The notes under the pieces were generated by a model, which did no database searches, was not told the origin of the DNA, and was given only the letters and a program-made list of their open reading frames with translations. A stretch of DNA of 64,000 nt, from the NCBI GenBank assembly GCA_012295275.1, contig CM022679.1, forward strand, positions 27,094,001-27,158,000, written 5' to 3'. Origin of the DNA: Chrysomallon squamiferum. Taxonomy: Eukaryota; Animalia; Mollusca. Below, piece after piece: positions 37,508-64,000 of the stretch. A program made the position numbers and the translations under genes. Every line of letters begins with the position of its first letter. Positions within the stretch are counted from its first letter, which is position 1.

Positions 37508-39423
37508 AAGAGAGAAGAGAGAGAGAGAAATATCAATAAACTGTTTTTCTTATAAGCAGATCTTTCATTCTTTAATGCACAACCATGTCAACAAGTATGA
37601 GTTCTTAGATTTCTTCTAGGGCGTAGAGGAATCTAGGGCCCCACCCTAAAACTCCCCTGCTCGTGTGTCATCATGAAGAGAAAATAAACTTTTAGAGATC
37701 AAAGTCTTACTGCGGATACATAAATAAAAGTAAAAAATGTAGATCTCTGTTATTTTAGGTGAAGAAACTGTGCTATATTTGTATAGTCTTGTGGACACAC
37801 GTCTTCATCTTGTATGTCAAAATCTCTGCAATTCACGACTGAAATCTCACGTATTTCTGAGGCGTTGCTCATCTTAGAATTTTCTACGTTTATTTTCTCA
37901 TATACAGATGAATTTGTATTTAGAAGAGAAATACACTGAAGTAGTACAGCTGTGTCTGTTTCAGTATTTTACTCACACTAAAACGTATGTAGAAAAGGCC
38001 GGGGCAAGGATTTTCTGAGCGCCGGGGCTAATTATATTTTTCGAAGCCCTTTACAGATACATAGAACATAAGATATAACTACAACATGTTGGAAAACATT
38101 TTGAATTTGATATAAACAATCATCCTGTGGTAGATACATCAAGTATTAAAGCAGTCATTATACTAGTCGGCTCAAAACAAATACTGTACACGGAAATTTG
38201 CAGATAGGTGGATAGACAGACAAACAGAGAGACAGGCATGTGTGTGTGTGTGCGTGTGTGTGTGATAGGTAGACAGAGAGAGAGACTGACAGATACATCT
38301 AGATAGATAACTGCCTACACACACACACTCACACAGAGACACACACACACACACACACACATCATACAAGGCATACTTGGAGTTTTAATATTCATACTCT
38401 GTCAAGTTCACAACGATATTATATCAACACTGAGACTGTTTTTGTTGTGCGTTACTTACATACTTTTCCCTACAATTATTTCTTATTATAGAGCACAGAG
38501 ATATTCCCCTGCATGATTTTCCAACATTGTCTCAGTCGATCTCTTTCCCCCAGGTACACAAAAACACATTTATATTCGTGATTTGATGTTTGATCAGTTT
38601 TTAAATGTACCTCGTAGGTTTGTCGTCGTATATTTAAAGAGTGACGTCCAAGACATTCTCCGAGTTGAGAAATTTATAATACGCAGTTGTTGATCGATTC
38701 TGGGCTTTGTAACTTTTCATAACAAAAATATTATTGTTTTATGAGACAGCACTGTGTAAAGTTCAGAATATTTGATGAATTACGAGAACATGTTATTATT
38801 ATTATTATTATTAGTGGTAGTATTAGTCGTTGTAATAGTAGTAGTTTTAGTAGTGGTAGTAATAGTATAGTAGTAGAAGTAGAAGTAGTAGTATTTTTAT
38901 TATTATTATTAGTAGTAGTTAGAAGTAGTAGTATTGCTATTATTAGTAGTAGTAGTAGAATTAGTAGTAGTAATGCTATTATTATTGTAACAGTAGTAGT
39001 ATTAGCAGTAGTAGTAATAGCAGTTGTAATTGTATTGCTAGTATTATTACTACTACTGTTACTACTATTAATAGTTGTAATACAAACAGCTGAAAAACGT
39101 AATAGTCCTAACAGAGTAATAGTAATAGTATAGTAGTTTTAATATTAATAATAATAATTCTGCTACTGGCACTATTATTCGTATACTATTACCGGTCGAG
39201 GTATATTGTATATTCTTATTATTGCTATTATTATTTCATTTTTGTTGTTCTATCTTTAAAGTCCTTGCTATAATTGAAAAAAAAAAAAAAAAAAATAAAA
39301 AAAAAAATCATTTTTGTTACAGAAATAAAATTATCTCTTTATTCATATTTATAAAAATATTGTTTCCTCTTTCAGTATTCTGCCAGGTATTTCACACAAT
39401 TTATAACGGAAAATGTAAAACGA

Positions 39424-39465
<42 letters not shown>

Positions 39466-39881
39466 CATCTGGTTTGGACCCACAAAAATGCTGCTCATTT
39501 GACCTTGGGATATTTGAATGAGCAGCCCGAACACAAGATGGATCTCTCCTAAAAAACGGACAACAGTTTACCTCCAGGATTTTCTTGTTTTTCTTATTTT
39601 TTTTTTTTTATTCTGATAAAAAGAAAAATTCAACAAGTCTCAGTTCTTTTAATCGAGTGAGAAAGGAACCTTCATTACAGGATGTCAGACGATGAATTTT
39701 TTTTAGTTCCTACATAGCGGGAGTCGCAAGCGATTTTGTTAAAGTAAAATTTAATTTGAGTAATGTGACCTTGACAATAATAATAAAAAAAAAAAAAAAA
39801 AAAAAAAAATAAAATAAAATAAATAAAAAAGACGAAGAAACAAATTTGGTCTGTTTTGATGTATGAAGAAGCAATAATAAT

Positions 39882-39917
<36 letters not shown>

Positions 39918-41731
39918 AATAATAATAATAATAATAATAATGATGAAAATGAATGATCTTACTGATGATGATAAAGTTAATAATAATAATGTTGCCGATA
40001 ATATAGTAAAAATACTACTGTTACTACTGTTATTACTAGTATCAGTAGTGATTGTAGTAGTGGTATTAACAGCAATAAATAATAATAATAATTGTTTTTT
40101 TTGTTATTATTATTGTTGTTGTTCTTGCTTTTGTTGTGATGTCTGTTGTAGTTTTTATCAGTTTCATTATTAATATTAGTTTGTTGTTATGATAAAATAA
40201 CAGTAGCAGTAGCAGTAGTAGTAGTAGCAGAAGTAGTTGCTGTTGTTGTTATTTGTATTGTTATTGTTTCATTATTATCATATCACCATCATCATCATCA
40301 AATAAAAATGAGAACATCATTAACATTCATGACATTTGTTTCTTTCAAACTCTTTATTTGTTACATTTTTTTTTTTTTTTCTTTTCTCATTTTGGTCCTT
40401 TCAGACAACAAAACAACAGAACAAAACAAAAACAAACTTAACAGAACAACAAAAAGAAACAATTATATCGATGAATGTATCTGTTGGACGAAAAACCTCT
40501 CAAGTATTTTTTTTTTTTTTTTTCAAATCTGTTTGTCTGATGGTTCAATAAAGTTTCGAAGACGGTTCATCTTTACATACTGACATACTGGGGGATTAAA
40601 TTCCACAGGTGTACGGCTATGTTTGTGTTGAAGCATACCTATATGGCTCGAATAGAAACAATCAAACATTCCGTTTCAGTTTATAAAACGTCATTTCGTC
40701 TTCGGCTAGTTTTATTTGTCCTACGTTTGTATAGTAGATATTTGCTGCTGAATTTATTTCAGAATATATCTTTCGAATCGTCCATTTTTGGGGTTTTTTT
40801 TTTTTTTTTTTTGTTTCTGTGAAGAAAACAAGACAAAACAGCCTCTTTGACATATAAAAAAAGAAAAGAAAAGAATAAAAATAAAATATCATGAGGACAA
40901 TTTGGATGAAAAGTGTCTACATGAAGGTTGAAATCTTCAGGTCCCGCCCTTTGAGGAGCTCTTTTCGGGAAAAAAGAGAAAGAAAGCTTCACAGGCACAA
41001 AGAAAGGTAAAAGATTAAATAATAAAAAAATAAAATAAAATAAAACTGATGTCTTTTATTTCGTATGTCTGTCCACCTTTCTTTTTCTTTCTTTCACCAA
41101 CTGCATAAACAATGAATAAATAAATATTTACTTGACGATATCTCAGTATATTTTTAAAATTAACATTTAACATTCTGGCGTACTAAATTATTAATAAAAT
41201 GAAAGGATAACGTAATACCATCAATCAATTCTTAATATGGCAGAATGCTGTCTTTTACACGGAAAGAAGATTGCTTCAGTTTTTGATTAAAAAAAAAAAA
41301 AAAAAAAGGGATCAGCTACTGTTATACATTACATACAGTTTAAACATTAAAATTTTTATTATATATTATTAGGTCATCTTTTTGTTTTTCTTGTTCGTGT
41401 TCTACTTCTTCTTCTTCTTTTTTCTTCAATGAATATCTTCGATTAATTATTATTATTATTTTAAATTCACTCAATTTGACCTTGAAGAAGGTCAGTTGAA
41501 GACTCTGTCAGAATATAACGGAAGTCAGGTTCAAAATTAAAATAGAGTTCATTTCTCTTTTCAATATTTGACGAAAAAAAAAGTTTTTAAAATTAAATAT
41601 GATGATCGATATGCCAAACAAAACTAGGATTAAGGAAAATTCTGGGGAAAAAATGAAAAAAAAGAAATTAAAAAAAGAAAATTAAAATGTATTTTAACTG
41701 GCGTCATTAATACCATTACTACTACTACTAT

Positions 41732-41782
<51 letters not shown>

Positions 41783-44700
41783 AACTACAACTACTACCAC
41801 TGCTATCACTACTATTTATCTCAAGCCACTGGACTCGTCTCTCATTTTTCACGGCTCTGAAACTGTCAGATAATTTGTCTGATTGACAGAAAGATTCGTG
41901 CAGCCCAAGATAAACAATGGAAATATTCTGCTTCAAAAAACATAAAGATACAAAACGCAAACAAACTCGTTACAGTATTATTGCGAAGGATTTTTAATAG
42001 ACATGATGCACACCCTACTATTAAAAAGAGTTAAATTTTGACTTATTCAGGATTCAGAATATTTTTAAAGAAATCTCGAAATGCAGTTAAACCTTGCTAA
42101 ATAAACTGCTGAGAATATATATAAAAAGAATGTATTAAAATTAAATTGTTCAGCGAAATATGTATTAAAAGTACTCATCGAAAGATTACTGTTTAGATAA
42201 TAGACATTTAAATACATACATACACACACACACACACAAACATACATACACACACACACACACACATCACATACATATATATATATATAATTATAAACTA
42301 ATACATTTAGTCACTAAAACAATAAAGGATGCGTATTAAGCTGTTAGATAAATTACGCTATAAAACATTACGTATCTGCATTCAAAATTAAACAATTCAA
42401 TAAAATATGACTTAATATGTAATACATATATTAATTCTATCAATCAGCTTAGTAATAAAGGCTTTAAACATTAAGCTAAATTATCTTATCTTTCATGGCC
42501 AAGATAATTCGTATTCAAAATAAATTACTTAAACACAACTACCTGGTAAATAATATGCTCAGAAATTTAAATTAAATTATTGTAATATTAAATGGCATGG
42601 TAAAACGTAGTGAAAATAAAGTGATTCATTGATTACACCTTAGTTCTTTGTAAGTAATAAGCTTAGAAGTTAAATTACTCGGTGAAATATTACTGGATAC
42701 GCAACCCGTTTTCCTTTTAAACAAATTAGCGAGTCAAGCATCTCTCGGACATTTTACTTTGTTTAATTAATTCCTGGTCTCCTTGAACATTTCCCATGTT
42801 TAATTAACCCTTTGCCGTCTAACACGTTTTCAGATTCCCTAGAATGTCGGATGAAAGACTCTGCTTCCTCAAAGCAAATTAAAAGTTTTCTCTCGACATT
42901 TTTTTCCCTCAAAGTCGAAAAACATTTTCAAAGGCAAAGACAACAAATATTTCATCCCTACGTCAGCGGCAACGTCTGTAATGTCAAGGGAAAATCAATT
43001 AAGCCGAAAACGTCGTTTTTCTGTCGAGTCTTCAGACGCAGGTATTTTGTGTGTGTGAAATCAATGACCTTCCTTGAAGTTAATTGCAAATTAATTTTTG
43101 TTCTGATTGTTGAAATAAAGGTTAACTTAATAATGTGAGTGGACATAATATCGTCATCACCGTCATCATCATTATCATCTCAACAACAGTGATGACATCA
43201 TCCTTATAAAATAACTATTTGAAATTTTTTAAAATAGAAAGTAAATACCATAGGAGTAGAAAATTGTTATACAAAACAACAGCAACAACAAAAACAACGG
43301 TACTACTACTACTACTACTACTACTACTGCTACTACTGCTACTACTGCTACTACTACTACTACTACTACTAATAATAATGGTAATAACAAAAAGAATAAT
43401 AATAACAATAGCACGGACAAAACCATAATACCAAATTTGTTTACAATACTCCGTGAAATACGAGAAGATCACGTTTAAGAGAAGAAGAAGAACAACAACA
43501 ACACAACAAAACAGTAACACCACAACCACATCACTTACATCATTAATAGAATCAGCATAATAACATAACTACAGCCACTGCAGTAACAACACGGTCACAA
43601 CCACCAAGACAACAAAACTACTAACACTGGTCGACTAAAAACAACATCTTTTTTTTATTAATTAATTTATACTTTTGCATATATAGTATACATTATTATT
43701 TATTTTTTCTTCATATTAGATACAAGATAAGAACAGCATTATGAAGACTACCACGACGACAACAGCAATTACAAAATAAGGAAAATAATATCAACAACAA
43801 CAATAACAATAAACAAACAAACAAATAAACAAAAAAATGTTGTTCTCTATTGCTTAGCCCTGATCTGCGTTTGGTAACAACAACGACGCCGTTGTGTCAG
43901 GATGACATTGGTGAGGTATCAGTGGTGACGTCAACAATTAAACTAAGTGTCGACTGTTGGGTTGTTTTGGCTAGGAACGTGCAGACTCCCGCCAAAAACA
44001 CCTTAGTATTAAGACTACGAATTATTTCTGCAGTTACATAACACGTACCTGTTAATCTAAATTACGGAATTTTTTTTTTTTTGTGTGTTTTTTTGTTTGA
44101 ATAAGGAGATGAAAAGGGATGCAAAGCTAAATTATAGGAAAACGATACTGAAAACAAACAATAAGAAAAAGAAAAGAAAAGGAATAAAATAAAAATGAAT
44201 AAATAAGAAGAAAAAGAAAAAGAAAAGAAAAACAATATTAAAAAAGAAAGAAAGAAAATAAAATAAAATAAATAATAATGATGTTTTTGATGATAATGAT
44301 TGTAATGAAGATGATAATAATAATACAAATAATGTTAAAAAATGGTGGTAATAGAAATGTAATAAATGAATGAATGAATAAATGAATGAATGAATCTTTT
44401 CTCATTATATAAATATTAAATATAAATAAATAAATATATATATATATATATAGATAGATAGATAGATAGATAGATAGAGAGATAGATAGATATAGATATA
44501 GATATTTAAATTATTATTGATATTATTTGAAATCGTTAAATACTTCTATAATATTATAAATTTAGTTATTTGTTGGGGTTTTTTTTTCGTTTTTTCATTC
44601 TGACTACAATCGATTCCACGCGATTTATATCTTTTACATAGTACGTGGGATATTACCAGCTGTAAATAAAATGTTAAACGAAATGAAGAAACATTCTTCT

Positions 44701-45674
44701 TTGTCGTTTTTCACGGTGTTTACAAAGTTACGTTACTATCAAAGCACATGACGTCTGCTAATATATAACAGCAGCTAATCATGTACTATTTTTTTCACGT
44801 CTGCTAAGATGCAATGCTTCACGTTGACGTCTGTTCATTGACCGTTTATTCAAGTCTGTTAATAAAATATATATAAATACTGCTACACGTTCACTGCTGT
44901 TCGTATACTATTTATTCACGTCTGCTAAACTCCGATGAAAAACTGCTGACGAGACAGCTAATTCTAATTAAACAAGCAGGCGTTATGCGGTTAATTAAAT
45001 AGATTTCTTCTCCTTGTTTATCCACGTGTTTCTCCTAATCGATGCCGTTTTCAAATTATTTAATAGAAATGATTTTTTTTTTTTTTTATTTTTTTTTTTT
45101 TATTTTATAAGCATTGCAGAAAAATTCTGAATTAAAAATAAAAATGGATTTTCTATAAATTGAAATAATAGTTCAAACAATCGTCGTCATTTTGGTATGA
45201 AATGTAATAATTATGCGGGCTCGAAAAGAATAACTTAAAAGGATCAGACGACATTTTGGAATAGCAGACGTCATAACACAAACACGCGGGAACGAACGAG
45301 GGGGGTAATCAAACAGTATTTGAAAGACGTGTAGCCTCTGTTTGACAGTTGACCGTTGATCCATACATGCGTACGGAAAACACACAGTGTTACCTTGGCC
45401 GCGAACTCTGTATTGGAACCTTGTTTCGTATTGACCCTGGTGTAAACAAGATCCGCTAGGGGGAGGGCCTATCTGACACCTCGCATGGAGACAAAAATAG
45501 TGCATCGTTAAGAGATCTGTCACAGCAGACGATTTCTCGGTTGTGTAAGACTACGCATGTGTAAAATATCTTCACGGTAAGCGAGTTCCAGATCTAGGAT
45601 GGAAGCAAACGGATAATGGACTGCGGTATATTCTTTTGTGGTGTAACTGAACAGTCTGGATTTTAAAATATTTG

Positions 45675-45715
<41 letters not shown>

Positions 45716-45878
45716 CGTAAACGTGTGTCTAATTTATTGCATTTAAAAACGAAAGAGAAAAGCAGTTGTGTTAATTATTGAATTTTTAAATATTTTTTTT
45801 TCTTTCCCAAAAAATAAAAAATTATAAAAATAAAAAAAAAAATAAACTTACAAAACATTCTCACGAGACATACGACAG

Positions 45879-63249
<17,371 letters not shown>

Positions 63250-63467
63250 GTAAGTGTATGATTTACTTCCACTGCTTATGACACCAGAACTTGTAGTACT
63301 AGTAATTGTAGTATCGTAGTAGTAGTGATGATAATAATAATGATAGTAAAATAATAATAATAATGATGATGATGACGTTGATAATGATAATAACCATGAT
63401 TGTAATACTACTACTACTACTAATAATAATAATGAAAATGATGATGATGATAATGTTAATGATGACC

Positions 63468-63535
<68 letters not shown>

Positions 63536-64000
63536 AATAATAGTAAATTGTTTATATTAAAAAACTTAAAAAAGGATAATGAGATAGAAAATAAGAGAAC
63601 GTCTATATATTTGTCTGTTTTGAATTAATAGCAAGATAAATTAAATACAATTGATTCTAATAATCTGATATCCGTCCCTTCGGTTTGCACAATTATTTCA
63701 GGGTTAATGACATCTTTTAAAGGGAGGTAACTAGCAGTAAAATGAAATAATTTATATTAAATATATTTGTTAAATAAGTTGTATTTAATATTTCATTTAC
63801 TTGGAAAAGAATGATATATATATAGCATTGTTGGATAACAAATGTATTCTGTCAGAAGAATATATTTATTAATATTTCTATTTGATGATAATATATTTAT
63901 TACAAACCTCATTTGCTTTGAATGACTTTATAATAAGGGACGTAACTCCTCTGTCTCAATAATTACGTTTAAAAAATTATGTCCCTTCGATTGGTCGTAT

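Noticed and set aside
63660-64000. Possible repeat fragment at the right edge
   Set aside because: Truncated by the window, with no second terminus or coding remnant to support a call.

Overview
AT-rich, microsatellite-dense animal genomic DNA. A lophotrochozoan, probably a mollusc, is an inference from gene content. Five protein-coding genes were reconstructed by hand from GT-AG splice sites and reading-frame continuity: (1) the 5' ten coding exons of SNX14 (minus strand, runs off the left edge); (2) a complete 15-exon cyclin F (CCNF/FBXO1) gene (minus) with two candidate first exons and a cell-cycle-type promoter; (3-4) a tandem pair of Cys-loop ligand-gated ion channel subunits (minus) with intronless, GC-rich CDSs, a cation-type pore and no acetylcholine-binding residues; (5) the first six coding exons of an espin/forked-like ankyrin-repeat gene (plus, runs off the right edge). 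The window also holds a decayed pogo/Tigger transposon, MITE-like elements and many simple repeats. The two most interesting signals are the atypical receptor pair, which resembles cephalopod chemotactile receptors in architecture, and an array of duplicated splice acceptors in cyclin F intron 1 that forms candidate 27-nt microexons. All homology calls come from recalled sequence motifs, not database searches.
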